From Narcine bancroftii (lineage: Eukaryota): DNA of 64,000 nt. How positions within the stretch are numbered: the stretch's first letter is position 1; the number at the start of each line of letters is the position of its first letter. Under the pieces are notes generated by a model. That model was not told where the DNA came from. It saw nothing but the letters and a program-made list of their open reading frames with translations, and made no database searches. Both the position numbers and the translations under genes were made by a program. Location of the stretch: positions 33,232,001 to 33,296,000 of the forward strand of contig NC_091475.1 in NCBI RefSeq assembly GCF_036971445.1, written 5' to 3'. This document shows, piece by piece, positions 26,387 through 40,351 of the stretch.

Positions 26387-27029
26387 TACAATAAGCAGGA
26401 TCTTCAATTCAGACCTCAATCATCAATGAAGTGCTGGAAGGTGCCATCAATACCTGTACACCCACTTGTGGATGTCCAGTTTGGATTTTACTAGAACCAC
26501 TTGGGTTCAGATTTCATTTTGGATGAAACAGAAGAGCCAAGTTTCAGAGGTGACAAAAAAAAAATGATGGCCCATAACAAAAACATTTGTGCAAATATAT
26601 CAAGGAGCCCTGATACAAGTGAAAGAAATGGTTATTAAGTAGAATAACTTCAGTGGGTGCTTTTAGTTGTAAGTTCATTGTCCCATCTCTACTTCATCAC
26701 TGCATACCTCAGAACAGTAGGCTAAGTCTGATTGACCATCTTCAGCTTCATCATTAACCATACTTCCAGTAGATCAGAAGTAAGGTTCATTGGAAATGTT
26801 TAACCCAATATACAGCTACATGCAGCAAGACCTGGACAACATTCAACCTGTAAGTGGTTATCTGGATATATGGAAAGTCAAGTCACACGGTAAAGACGAG
26901 ATAGCATTTCTCCAGGTCCACAAAGCATATTTACATAAATATAACTTAGAACAGAAGTTAAACACATTTCAAATATTAAAAGACGTATACAGTAACAGTC
27001 TACGGTACTCTATCGACAAATGTTTTGAG

Positions 27030-27530
27030 AATTCAGAAGCCTGATGGTTTGGGAGAAAAAGCTGTTGCCTGATCTGGACATAACCGTCTGTGTACTGCAG
27101 AACCTCTTACCAAGAAAAGGGAGGACAATTTACTTGATAGGTGTGTAGAGTCCTTCACAATGTTTACTGCCTTTCGCCTCCATCGAGTGTTGTAGATGTC
27201 CCTAATGGTAGGACGAGAGCCCCCAATGATCTTTTCCACTGACTTCACTATCCTCTGCAGAGTCTTACAGTCTGAGGAGGTACAACTTCCAAACCAGGCA
27301 GTGATGAAGTTGGACAGGATGCTCTCAATACATCCTCTGTAGAATGTAGTGAGGTTGGAAGGTGGGAGACGAACTTTACTCAGCCTTCACAGGAAGTAGA
27401 GGTGCTGCTGGGCTTTCTTGGGTATGGAGCTGCTGTTAAGTGACCAGGTGAGATTCTCTGCCAAGTGCATGCCAAGAAACTTGATATTCTTGACGACCTC
27501 AACTGTGGATTGTCAATGGTCAATGTGGTG
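27030..27530 (-). mobile_element. Rex1/Babar-like LINE, 3' fragment
   Basis: KSVEKIIGGSRPTIRDIYNTRWRRKAVNIVKDSTH. Confidence 0.7.
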
Positions 27531-29301
27531 TAGTTTCTCTTTTCTCTCTCCCCCCCCCCCCACCCCCCCCACCCCCAAACTGGGCCCTATATAAAAACCT
27601 GGACAATACAAGAGATGCAAATGGTTTTAAGAATCACGTTTGGATGGAAAGGACAGCAAAGATCAAAATAGAAGTTCCACAATAGAGCAAAAGGCAGGAG
27701 GAATTATGGTAAATATATATTGCAGAATGATAATTGGGGCAAGAAAAAAGGGTCCAAATGAGTTGTAAATCTCAAATGCAAATGTCTTACAAAAAAAAGT
27801 CAAAGTAATTGTGATCTGGAGCTCAAAAGACTAGTGTAAAAGGATAGAAAGTTACCAACTTAATCATTAGGCGCTTCCCTCAAGCTACATTGAAACAGTA
27901 TAGGAGGCAAAAGGTCAAAGTAAGAAATTTTAAAGTTCAAGTTAACGTTCCTATTGCAGTCAAAAAAAAATTGTAATCCAAAATTCAATCTGAATGTAAT
28001 ATTTTCAGTGTAGAGGTGTTTTACAGCACCTACCAAAAATCTATGCAAAACACCACGGTAATGCACAGAGCAAGGAAAAGGGGCTTACTAGACTTAAAAT
28101 ATCACCTTTATATCAAGAGCAGCAGGACCTAAACACCACAGAACTGGCATAGTTAGAGTATCAGCGAATGAATAAATGTAGTCATTAGAATCCATCTTAA
28201 AAAAGCAGCCATTTTCAATGTGGGCCGCACAGTGCATTTAAGGAGGGCCATGGACTGAAATCCTAATTTTTTTTTTAGTCAGTTGGAGAGAAGTACAGAA
28301 GAAACCAACCAAACTTACCCAGAAAGGGAAGGGGGCTATAGCCGAAAGGAGGTCGAGAATGGCTGCCTTAAAACATTCTAACCAGCTGTACTTCCTCAAT
28401 TTCCAGCTGACACACAACCAAAAATCAATGATGTATAATGTGAATCTACTTGCCAGACAGCACCCACCTGCAAACAATCAAATTACACTTCTTGGATTTC
28501 TGGCAAGAGTGGCAATCTGCTGAAATACAACTTGCCAGAGATTAGATTTTCTAAAATGTTAGGTTGGTAAATGAATGTTTGGTTAGTAAATTCAAGAAAT
28601 ATAGTGGCATTGGATAACCCAGCAAATCCCATCCCTGCCACAGCATATGCATTGAAAGGGAAAGAGGATCAATTTTTGGAAGAATGCTCTACCAGGACCT
28701 CCTCTGCTGTATTGTTAAGTCTGTGGGCAACCACGAAAGACAACACCAGAAAAATTTTGAAAATTATTTTCAAAGCTTATTTTGAGTTGAAAGACATTAA
28801 ATACATTTCAAAGAGCCAATGGACCATCAAATGCTTTTTGGCTCTAAAAATTGCAAGCTGCCACTTAACACTGCCAGTGATATTTAAATAGGTTCCATCA
28901 ATCAAACAGATCCAGGAAATTGAAAAATGTTTCCCCACAACAGAAAACTTTTTTTTTACTATTTTTACCTATCTGTTGCTGAGTTTATAAAAAAAAACAT
29001 ATACTGACCACAAGCTGAAAAGTATGTGTATGGCTACTCAATAAAAATATTCTAATCACATCCTCATCAAATATTGGAAACTTCAAATGTGGGTTTCTTC
29101 TGTGCAAGTACCAAGCCTTCTTGGCTAAAAAAAAAATGCCACTTGTGCAATATAATTAAATGACTAAAATGATTCTAAATAAATTCTGAGTATTAAAATC
29201 AAGAGGAGCCACAACATCCTGATAAACAAAAATCAAGTTACATTTAGTGTTTTGAGGCAGACTTAGCTTAAAAACTCAATGTATTTCCAGAGGTTCCTTA
29301 C

Positions 29302-29372
29302 CTCCTTGAATCCCTTTTAAAGCTGCAGTTTTTCCCGCATTATCCAATCCCACCATCACTAGAGTGACTTTC
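29302..29372 (-). CDS. ARL13B: ARL13B coding exon 2 (KVTLVMVGLDNAGKTAALKGIQG), P-loop
   Basis: 71 nt, AG/GT bounded, G1 motif GLDNAGKT; phases match the adjacent exons. Confidence 0.96.
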
Positions 29373-29699
29373 CTGTGAAATAAACATTTTGCATTAATTA
29401 TGAACACTTCTTTCATTCTCCAGACTAGAAAAATAAACAATTTTAAAATGTGTGACCCAGAAATATAAATCATTGATATATTGTTTACCAATAAAATCAC
29501 TTTTTTCAGAATTATATTACCACCACAACAATAATGCTCTTGCATGTTCCAGCAAAATAAGCAAAGGATATGGATCCTCAGGCACATTTCAGGGAGCAAT
29601 TAACGTGGAAAGCTGAAAGAACAAAACCTTGCAGTGATTTATCAATAATTTTAAGGGTCTGTGAGTAAATGAAGTTCAAAGTAATCAGAAATATGTGAG

Positions 29700-32600
29700 G
29701 AGGGGGCATGACAAGATGGCATAGAAGAAAGATGTGTATTCCACCTTTCCCCAGCTGGATCGCTAAATACCTGGTTTTTAAAAAGCATAAAAGTGGTTAA
29801 AAATAATATTTACAGTTGTTTAAATAACAGTGATTTATGATGGCATCCAATGTGAAAAAAGTTAAACCTCAACTTCAGAAAAAATTACCATACAAAAGTG
29901 CGGAAGAATTGAGGCCTACCTGCATAGCTGAATCCATGGAATCGTCGTTGGGAGTCTCCAAGCCTCAGAGGACTCCAACCCGTTCGAATTTGACTCCGGC
30001 GCCGATCCTGCCTCCGCAAGATGGCGCCGACACCTTGGTGAGCTCTGCCGTTGCCGACCCGCTTTCAAGTGAAGCCGTGCGTGCGGGCGGCACAGCCGAC
30101 AAGGGGACCCGCGAACCCGCTGGGCGGCCGGTAGCGCGCAGTGTATGGTCAGAGGACGCTCCTGCGCGTCTGACGGCTTTGCCTGGCCTGCGTGGGGCAT
30201 CCTGGGGTCGAGAATTGCTAGATAAAGTATGGGCTGTGGGGGAGCCCAAACGCCGGCGTCCCGAAGAGGTTGGGGCGCCGGCGTCGAGTGTCCAGATCCG
30301 CAGCCGTTCAGCCAAAGGACCTACGATGACTGAGGAAGAAGAGGAACTTACCTTATTGGAATTTGTCCAGGAGGAGGAGCCTGTAGTTAAAGGAGGTAGA
30401 TCTCAAAAAGTGGAAGTGAAATCTGGAATGGATTCAGTGTTTACTGTTTTGGAGGGGATTGCTTGTCAAATGCATAATATGTCAAAACAAATATCAACTC
30501 AAGTGAATCAAGGATTTATGAAGATAAAAATGAATACCCTGTGTGATGAAATGACAATTGTGAAACAGGAAATGACTGTAGTTGAGACTGAAATTAATAG
30601 ATGTATAAAATCAGTTGATACTGTGCAAGATAATTTTAAGAAAATTGAAACAGCCTTTTCTGAGTGTCAAAATCAAGTGGAACATAATAAAGAAAAAAAA
30701 TGGAAAAAGTGGAAGTTTCTTTTGTAGATTGGGGAATTCAAAAAATGGGATTTAATGAAGAAGATTGATTCGTTGGAAAATCAAAGCCGAAGGAATAATG
30801 TGAAAATAGTTGGTCTTCCAGAGGGCATTGAAGGTGCTGATCCTATAAAATTTTTTAAGCACTGGATTCCAGAGGTGCTGGGTAAAGAGCTTTTTCTTGA
30901 AGGCTTGGAACTGGATAGGGCTCACAGAGCTCTGAGAAGAAAACCACTTCCAGGACAAACACCGAGGGCAGTCTTGGTTCGTTGTTTAAAAATCCAAGAT
31001 AGAGAAATTATTTTACGTATGGCAGTACAGAAAGCACTGCAGAATCAGTCTCCATTAATGGTTCAAAATAATAGTATTCTTTTATGCCGATTTGCCAAGA
31101 GGTTATTAGAAGACAACGAGAATTTAATACGGCCAAAGATGTTTTGTGGTGAAAAGGCTATAAGTTTGCTTTTCATTATCCTGCAATTTTGAAGGTTTTT
31201 TTATGGAAATTTTCAATCTCAATTCTTTGAGAATGATCATGATATTTTGGTTTTTACTAATTCTTTGCCGGAATTGTGAAGAAATGGGTGTTCTCCTCCG
31301 TTGCCTCCTAAGAGGAGGGTAAATGGAAATGGAAAGTATGGAAAGAAAGAAGAGTTGACACAAAGTCTTCTTGATGTTGAAGATCCGGAGCAGTCGTTGG
31401 GCTTGGAATCATTGGGCTTAATATATGCACTATCTTTTATTGTGTTTGATTAAATAATAAATATGTATCTGGCTGGGGGGGGGGGGGGGGGGTGGGATAA
31501 CACTGAAAACTTTGATAGTCATCTGCCGCTAGTAGGTTTAACACACCCAGATTTTTACGGTATTACTACCTTTGGGTGGTTTTTTTTGTATTTTTCTGTA
31601 ATTTTTGGGAGGAATTATAGAGGGAACATTTTATAGTGTGCAAATATACAAGTAGTTTAAAAAGATGTCGAAATTGAATTTTTCAACTTTTAATGTTCAG
31701 GGATTAAATCATCCAATTAAGAGAAAGAGAATATTGTCTTATATATATCAAAAAATTAAAATTGATACTGTTTTTTTTTTAAAAAAGAAACACATTTGAC
31801 TGAAAAAGGACATTTGAAATTGAAAAGAGGTTGGGTTGGTCATGTTTTTTCTTCTTTTAATTCTAAGGCAAGAGGAGTAGCAATTTTGATACATAAAAAT
31901 TTACCCTTTGAATTGGAATCTTCAGAGGGGAATGCTGCCAGATTTATTTTTGGTATCAGCACATTTACAAGGTAGAGTATTAAGAGCTGAATATAAAAGT
32001 AGAGTTATATCAGATCATTCATTATTACTTTTTTCTTGTGAAAGTTCGGAGGTAGTACGTCCGTCGTTTAGATGGAGGTTTAATGCAATGTTATTGAAAA
32101 AACCTGAGTTTGTTACTTTTGTTAAAGAACATATTTCTTTATTTTTGACCGAGAATGTTAATTCTGTGGATAGTCATTTTGTAATATGGGATACTTTAAA
32201 AGCTTATTTGAGGGGGCAGATTATTAGTTATTCTACGAAAGTTAAGAAACAATATGGCAGAAAGTTTAGAGTTAGAAAATAAGATTGCTGAGTTAGAGAA
32301 AGATTTTCAGAAAGATGTAACAGAAGATAAATAAGTCATATTAGCGAGGTTGAAATTACGTTATAATACTTTACAAACTTATCAGTTTGAGCGTTTAATT
32401 AATCAATCTAAACAACATTATTATGAGTTGAGGGAAAGAGCTCATAAGGTACTTGCTTGGCAATTGAAAGCTGAACAGACATCTCGGATTATTAATGCTG
32501 TTAATAAGAATTCAAAAGTTACATAAACCTCAGGAAATTAATGACCAGTTTTATTCATTTTATTCCAAAAAAAATAGAGATCCATTAAAAGTGTCTTCAT

Positions 32601-34958
32601 ATAGACCTATTTCTTTATTAAATGTAGATTATAAAATTATAGTGAAAGCATTAGCTAACAGACGATAAATATTTACCTAAATTGGTACATATTGATCAAA
32701 CAGGTTTTATTAAGATTAGAAATGCATCAGGCAATACATTTTGATTAATTACTTTGGTTAGCGTATATTAAAAGCAACCTAACCATCCTATGGTAGTTGC
32801 ATTAGATGAAGAAAAAGCTTTTGATAGGGTTGAGTGGAATGTTTTATTTAAAGTGTTAGAGAAATTTAAATTCAGCCCTTCTTTTATTGGTTGGGTTAAG
32901 GCTTTATATACGAACCCAAATGCTAGGGTGGTGACAAATGGACAGATTTCTTTACCATTTAAATTGACTCGTTCAACTCGACAGGGCTGCCCGTTGTCAC
33001 AAGCCTTATTTGCGTCGGTTATTGAACCGTTAGCTCAGGCTATTAGACAAAATGAAGAAATTAGAGGGATGAGGGTTAAGAATGAAGAATATAAAATTAA
33101 CTTATTTGCGGATGATGTGTTGGTATATTTGACCGAAACGGAACAGTCATTGAAACAATTGCAAGAGTGTTTGTTAAAATTTGGAGAATTATTGGGATAT
33201 AAAGTTAATTGAAATAAAAGTGAAATTTTACCGTTTTGGAGTGGGAGATTATTCTGAATTTAAAACAATTACAAAATTAAGGTGGACAAGTAAAATTAAA
33301 TATTTAGGTGCGTTTATGGATACGAATTATCAATCATATCAATTAAATTATGTACCTATATTAAGATGGATTAAAGCAAATTTGAATGTGGAAAGATCTT
33401 CCATTAACTTTGATTGGTCGGGTTAATTGTATTAAAATGAATATTTTCCCTCAAATTCAATAATTATTTCAGTCATTACCTTGTTTACTCTCTAAGGGCT
33501 TTTTTCAAGATTTGAATAAAGCAGTGCGAGAGTTTTTATGGAAAGGTAAATTAGCTCGAGTGGCGTTGCATAAACTTACATGAAAGTATACATTGGGCAG
33601 ACTACAATTACCACATTTTCAAAGCTATTATGAAGTGGCCCAGTTGAAGTTTATTAGTAGATTGATGGATTTAGATCAGCCTCCCATCTGGGCTAAAGTG
33701 GAGATAGCGTGTATTTCTAGGGTTGAAATACATGAATTTATATTTCGTTGGAATTTGATTTTGTTACAGCAATATGATATGCGGATATTGAAACATTTGT
33801 GAAAGATTTGGTTAAAAAAAAACAGGGTGTTAGGGTCGAAAGATAAATGATCAATTTTAACTCCATTATATAATCAGCTTATTTCTTTTTCAATGTTTAA
33901 TAATTATTTAAATATTTGGGATTCTAAAGGTATAAAGACAATACAAGATTGTTTTGTAAAGGGGCAATTTCTTTCTTTAAATCAATTGAGAGAAAGATTT
34001 GATATACCTGTAAATTCTTTGTTTGCGTATTATCAACTTAGAGCTTTGATAAAAGATAATTACGGTAGAGAGATGATTTTACCTACTTTGTCGAGATTTG
34101 AATCTTTGATTTCCTCTATTCTGAAAAAGGGTTATATTTCAGTTATGTATAATTTGTTACAAGATAGTATGGATAAGACAGATTGGGAGAAATCTAAACT
34201 TAAATGGGAGAATGATTTAGTATTTATTTTTCCCGAAAATGATTGGGCGAATACGTGTCAGGACAATGTAATTAAATTGACTAATGTAAGATATGGAATG
34301 GTTAATTATAATTTTTTACATCAATTATATTTGACCCCGGAAAAGTTTAAAAAAAACATGGGTTTAGTAATTCGGATTCTTGATTTAGATGTGGCTCATA
34401 TATTGGAACTTTTCTACATCCTGTTTGGACTTGTGTTAAAGTTCAATCATTTTGGCAAGGAATTAAAGTAGTTTTGGAGAAATTATATAATTTTATATTA
34501 CCGTTAGATCCAAGGATTTTTTTTGTTGGGAAATTTGTATTCGTTAAGGGGAATGGGATTGGATAAAATTCAAATTGCTTTTGTATGTTTGGTGTTATCA
34601 GTAGCGCATAAATGTGTTGCTAGTACTTGGAAAGATGATACTGAGATTAATATATCACATTGGCATAATGAATTGAAAGCATGTATTGTTATGGAAAAAA
34701 TTACTTATAATTTACATGATAATTCTTCTTTTGTTAGTAAGTGGTCTCAGTATTTGAAATATATGCATTTAGATATACTTTGAAATGTTATTAACATTTA
34801 GATTATATTTATATTTAAAAATTATATTTTTTTTGCTCCCCTTAAGGAGCTGTAGGGGTGGGAGGGTGGGATGGGTGTTAATGCAAAATCTGTTTTTTTT
34901 ATTATTTCTATACTGTATGTAATGTTTTTATTATCTTTTAAATAAAGTTTGAAAAAAA
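29700..34958 (+). mobile_element. 5'-complete but degenerate L1-clade LINE (ORF1 ~29837-31400, ORF2 ~31665-34783)
   Basis: 13-bp TSD agaaatatgtgag at 29687 and 34959. The 5' end is GAGGGGGC..CAAGATGGC. ORF1 has LENQSRRNNVKIVGLPE. ORF2 has FNVQGLN, SDH, SYRPISLLN, TRQGCPLS and LFADD. AATAAA plus an A-rich tail at the 3' end. Confidence 0.93.
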
Positions 34959-35324
34959 AGAAATATGTGAGTAAATTAGTCAAGAACATTTCCTGCAGCA
35001 AAGACGGCCACAGTTCAGACCCCACAAGAGGATCTTGAGCAATTTAGGGGTTGGGAGAAGGGAAGAATAGAATAGGGGAATGAAAATAAGTTTTGTGGAT
35101 GTGATGATAATATCCTTAAAGAAGAAAGTGGAAAATCATTCAATTCAAACAAAGTCCAATAACAATTTTGGGGACATGAAGTAAACAATGAAACACCAGA
35201 GTGCCTATAGTACCTTCTTTTATCAACTCTTTCTTCTAAACTCTTCTGCTTATTACATTTAAGTTCTTGGGTCTGGCGACACCAGTTAGATAGAAATCAC
35301 TGTACTCAACCATTGGCTTAGGGT

Positions 35325-35545
35325 AGCAAGGTTGGCATAGCCTTTACAGCGCTAGCAACTGGAACCAGACCAGGGTTCAAGACTGCACTGTGCCTCTGTA
35401 CGTTCTCCCCGTGTCTGCGAGGGTTTTCCCCGGAGTTCCAGTTTCCTCCACTGTTCAAAATGTACTGGGGGCTGTAGGTTAATGGGGTGTAAATTGGGTG
35501 GCACGGACTCGTGGGCTTAAATGGCCTATTACCATGCTGTAATTA
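35325..35545 (+). mobile_element. V-SINE (HE1-like, tRNA-derived)
   Basis: Central domain gttctccccgtgtctgcg..ggttttccccgg..tccagtttcctcc. Other copies at ~21865-22075, ~56083-56310, ~14500-14660 and ~41370-41540 (-). Confidence 0.75.
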
Positions 35546-36914
35546 AATTAATCCTCTCTGTCAGTGTCAGATTCAGTTCCACCATATTTTAGATTTCAAG
35601 CAGTGTGCTCTTTTGCACGTGCATGTGTATTTTAAATGATTTTTTCAAGAGGCAACCAAGCTGTAGCTCTGTAGTATTCATTTTAACAAAAACAAAACTG
35701 CAAATGAAAAATTGCTATGTCCTAATATCCATTTTAATTTTCAAAAGCACAAATTAACTGAATATTAATTGTAATACTCCAAATATTACCAACAATATTA
35801 AGATTGTGATCTTGAACCTCAGAGGAGCCCGAGGAAATGGGCTGAAGTGTTTTTAAAAGTACAAATGAATATTAGAGGCACATTGCACTGGAATTCCCCA
35901 GCACTACAATGGGGAAAATCAACCAAACCTGCTGTTGGTGGAAAGACCCATAAATCTGAATGGAGATTCCTATCCTAGAACTAAAATTAGATTTTGTGTT
36001 GTTTATTTCTACTTTTTAAAATTAAGAATTCTAATAGTTTTAACAATCATACAAATATATAAAGTCTTATAGACTTCAATAGGAAACAAAACTGATGGAA
36101 TCTTACTTTCTGTCAAAGGTTGTTGCGACATTTGAGGGACATGGTCTCAGCACTACATTGGATGTGGTCAAGGCCACACTAAAGTATTGCGACACATTTC
36201 TGGAATAAAGGCAACCCAGGACAATTGGACTAGTGAACCTGAAGCAAGTTAGTACTCATGAGAATGTACTCAATTTGGCTTGAGTGAAGGAAGGAAGACA
36301 AGCTGTGGTACTTAATTCACAGTAAATGGTTTATTTTCCTCTCATCGCAATCACAAATGTGCAAGAAATTAAGGTATTCCATGCAACAAAACAAAAATTA
36401 AGTGTTAAACAAGTATGAAAATGCAAGAACACAAATCATTTTACCAGCATCCACAGTACTTTTTAAAAATATCTTTGCTAGATTAATCTCAACCAAATTT
36501 ATATTGTTATCAAATAAATAAAATCACTGAAGCTATTGAAGCACAAACGGAATATGAAGTAAATATTTAATGTTGGAAATGATTAAATCCTTTCATTTGA
36601 TAGTTTTGTTTCCCAAGATGGTACTGGGAAGAGGCTACACATTGCAAGCAGCAGAGCAGAGAAACCTACCCCTTTTGCTACAATATTCGTGTTTAAACGT
36701 TCTAAAGCTAAGGTAAACAGCACAGAACATCACTGTTACAGACAGGCTTAATTTAAACCAGTTAAAGGAACTAACCATTCTACGATTTCAGTGTACCAAG
36801 CCAAGTCATCAATGTTTGGAATGTTGTTGTCATGGTCGCGTACTTACCTTCGTCAAGAGAAGGGTGAGAGCATCAGGATCACCCTGTGCGGCAGTGAACC
36901 AATGACAAGGTCAG

Positions 36915-37895
36915 AAGAGAAAAAACACACAAATACTGGAGAAATTCAGCAGGTCAAACAATGTCTTTATGTTGAAAAGGTAAAGACACATCAATCACCA
37001 ATGTTTCAGGCTTGAGCCCTTCATCAAGTCGTGGGGGAACATGAGAGATGTCTGAACAAAAGGGGGAGGGGAAGTGGTGAGGGTAGGAGATGATAGTGGG
37101 AAGGGGGGGCAGGGGGGAGAACTGCAGGAAGGTGGAGAAACTCAGCAGGTCAGAGGAGTTTAGCTGGGAGGTGTTTAGCTGGGAGGTGTTTGGGGACTTG
37201 AAGAATGTAATGTGTCTAGAGAATAATAAAAGAAAGTTGACTTCTTAGAGTGGTGTATACTTTTAGTTTTTTGTAAGCTATGTTAAATCGGTGCTGTTAC
37301 AAAGTCAAACTATGGACAAAGCCAAAAATAAAACATTGAAAAACACTCAAATGCTAGAGACACTCGGCAGGTCAAAAAGTGCCTTTACGGAGGAAAGATA
37401 AAGATGCATCATCAACTGAGTCACACTCTCAAGCTCACTTGTCTGTCCACGGCCTTTCACGCTACCCTAACCGAACCGCCCGCAGAATGGAGGAACAACA
37501 CCTCATTTTTCATCTGGGCACTCTCCAACCCCAGGACATGAACAACGAACTCACTATATTCCACTAATTAGCTTGCCTCCCCCACCCCCATTAACTAGTT
37601 ATTTTCCACTTCCTACTTCCTTTCTCTTTCCACCTAGCCTAGACTCCTCCCCCCCCACTTCCTGCAGTCTTCCCCCTCCCCTCCACCTATTATCTCCCAA
37701 CCTCACCATCCCCTCCTTCCCCCTTTTGTTTGGACATCTCTCATGTTCTCCTATACCTTAATGAAGGGCTCAAGTCTGAAATATTGGTGATGTATCTTTA
37801 TCTTTGCTAATAAAGGCACTGTTTGACCTGCTGAGTTTCTCCAGCATTTGTTTTTTTTCACTTAACCACTGTGTCAACAGAATTCCGTGTTTTAC
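36915..37895. mobile_element. Penelope-like element 3' ends and pseudo-LTRs in inverted arrangement
   Basis: GIY-YIG C-terminal remnant HLSVHGL...EEQHLIFHLGTLQPQDMN at ~37420-37567, flanked by oppositely oriented tails (tgctggagaaa(c/t)tcagcaggtca). Confidence 0.7.
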
Positions 37896-38129
37896 CAAAA
37901 ATAAAACATTGCTCAGACTAACATGGTTTGAAGTCATTTAAATGAGCTACTAGTCACAAGGTCAGTAAAAACAGATCCTGCAAGCATTGCCTTCAGAAAT
38001 GTGGCCATTGGAGTGGGCTCCATGTAAAACTGAAGCTCAGGGGCATGTGCCCTTCCCCCCAGCATCCTGTGCCCCATCCCTAGTATCCTTCTGGCTAATG
38101 TATAATGTTTGGAAAATAAAAATGAGGGC

Positions 38130-39150
38130 TAAATGGAAAGACTGCTGTACCACAAGAACATGAGGAATTGCAGTGTATTCTGCTTCACAAGGACATGGCT
38201 CAAACCCTCACCCCACAGTCTGGACTACTTCCTCAGGTAAAGAAAAAAGTGGCAGTGTATGCTTCATGATAAACTCTACATAGTGTTTAGACATACCAAT
38301 CTTGTGCCAGGGCTGCTCCCCTGGTGCTGAAGTGTTGACCCCTCCACCTCCTGAGGAAATTCACCTTTGTTGTCCTGATTACAGTCTGTACCCTTCACTA
38401 GGCAGATACTAAGCTAGAACTGGACGATCTACACACAATGATCAACAAACATCATACGGTGCATCCTAATATCTTCTTAATCTTCATCAGAAACTTCAAC
38501 GAGGCCAGCTTACTGAAGGCCCAAGCCCAAAATACTGATTATCCTTTACTTCCCGTGGATGATGCACAACATGCTGCGTTTCTCCAGCACTTAAAGAAGG
38601 TACTCCATACCACATCTCCTACAAAACCAGGGTATTAAACACTCTCAATCACTACTACACCACCATCAAGGATGCATACCACTTCAGTCTACACCCACAC
38701 TTTGGAAAGTCAGACCACCTAGCTGTGGTCCTCCTTCCTGCATACAGGCAGAAGGTGAAGAGTACAGAGAAAGTAGTGAAAACTGGACAGAGATGGTCTG
38801 GGAAGGCAGAAGAGTGGCTTCATGATTAGTGGACTAGGCCATGTTCAAGGACTTGATGGCAGATCTAAATGAATATGCCACAGTGGTTACCAACTTTATA
38901 AGGAAATCCACTGATGAGTGTGTTCCCAACTAAAAACATTGGGTATACACTAACCAGAAGTCATGAATGAATCAACAGACCCATAAATTTTAGAATATCA
39001 GGTTTCTAGGTTTCAGATCAGGAGATTCAAGAATATACAGAAAGATCTGGTACAACCTCCTGAAGGCCATTAACAATGCAAAGAGACAATTCCAGAACAG
39101 AATGTCTAAGTTTAAGAACAGTTTCTTTCCAACAGCTATCAGGTTCTTGT
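38130..39150 (+). mobile_element. Rex1/Babar-like LINE, endonuclease region, internally deleted
   Basis: NFNEASL and YTTIKDAY..PHFGKSDHLAVVLLP motifs. Confidence 0.65.
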
Positions 39151-39156
39151 AAAAAC

Positions 39157-39960
39157 TTAGTGAAGACAACTAAGAATAAGAAGGTGATTAGGAAAGAAAA
39201 GATAAATTATGAAAGGGGCTATGCAAATAATATCAAAAAGGATACAGAAAGTTTTTTTAAATATAGAAAGTAAAAGAATGTTCGAAGTAGACATCGAATC
39301 GATAGAAAACTGTAATGGGAGACAAGGAGATGGCAGAGGAATTGAATGAATAATTTGGATCACTGTGGAAGACATTAGTAGCATATCAGACTCTCATGGC
39401 TCTCTCAGAAGTGAAGTGAGTGCAGTCAAGATCACAAATGAGAAGGTATTTGGAAAGCTAAATGGTGTAAGGGAAGATAAGTCTCCTGGATGGGATGGAA
39501 TGCACCCTCTGAATGAAGTAGCTGCAGAGATTGTGGAAGCATTGGTAATGATCTTCCAGGAATCAATGGATTCTGGCATGCTTCCGGAGGACTGGAGGAT
39601 CGCAAATGTCACTCCACTGTTTAAGAAAGGAGCAAAGCAGCAGAAAGGAAATTATATCTGTGGTTGGGAAGCTGTAGGGAGTCGATTGGTAAGGATGAGG
39701 TTACAGAATACCTGGAGATGCATGAAAAGATAGGCCCAAGTCAACATGGTTTCCTTAAAGGAAAATCATGCCTGACAAATCTATTGCAATTTTGTGAAGA
39801 GATCACAAGTAGGATAGACATGGCAGATGCAGAGGATGCTGTGTATTTGGACTTTCAAATAGCCTTCAACAAGGTGCCACACACAAGGGTGCTAAACAAG
39901 ATGCTGAGAGCCCTTGGAATTACAGGAAGGATACTAGCATGGGTAGAGCAATGGTTGATA
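39157..39960 (+). mobile_element. CR1 LINE, RT fragment
   Basis: KSPGWDGMHP, PEDWRIANVTPLFKKG, QHGFLKGKSCLTNL and YLDFQIAFNKVPH. Confidence 0.9.
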
Positions 39961-40292
39961 GTCTATTTTTAATTTAATGTATACTATTGCAGTTTTATTT
40001 TCCTCATGTAATAATTCTGGAAAATACACACTAAACAATGTATATAACAATAAACATGATCATTCTAATTTAAATTACTGTCTAACATACAGGAAACACA
40101 TCTTTGCAAACTTTTGAAAACCCATACTTGCCAGTTTGTGAGAATTGGTTTTGGAAATATCCTTGGCTCTAGTACACTGATATCTACATTGTCATGCAAG
40201 GTGACTTTCATATCAAATTCAGTTGCATGCAAACCTATCATGTAGAACTTCATCGTTAATAGCTAGTCCAAAGTAAACGTTTAAAATCATAC

Positions 40293-40351
40293 CGGATGGG
40301 TTCTCGCCAACGTTTTAGCCATAAGCAGCAGTTCGCCATGAGCCTAAACAT
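40293..40351 (-). CDS. ARL13B: ARL13B coding exon 1 (MFRLMANCCLWLKRWREPIR)
   Basis: ATG at 40351 and 59 coding nt ending at a GTATGA donor. The N-terminal amphipathic helix has the Cys8-Cys9 palmitoylation pair, as in vertebrate ARL13B. A strong acceptor (ctttcttcattccattacag) at 40400 implies the exon spans 40293-40399 including 5'UTR. Confidence 0.93.
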
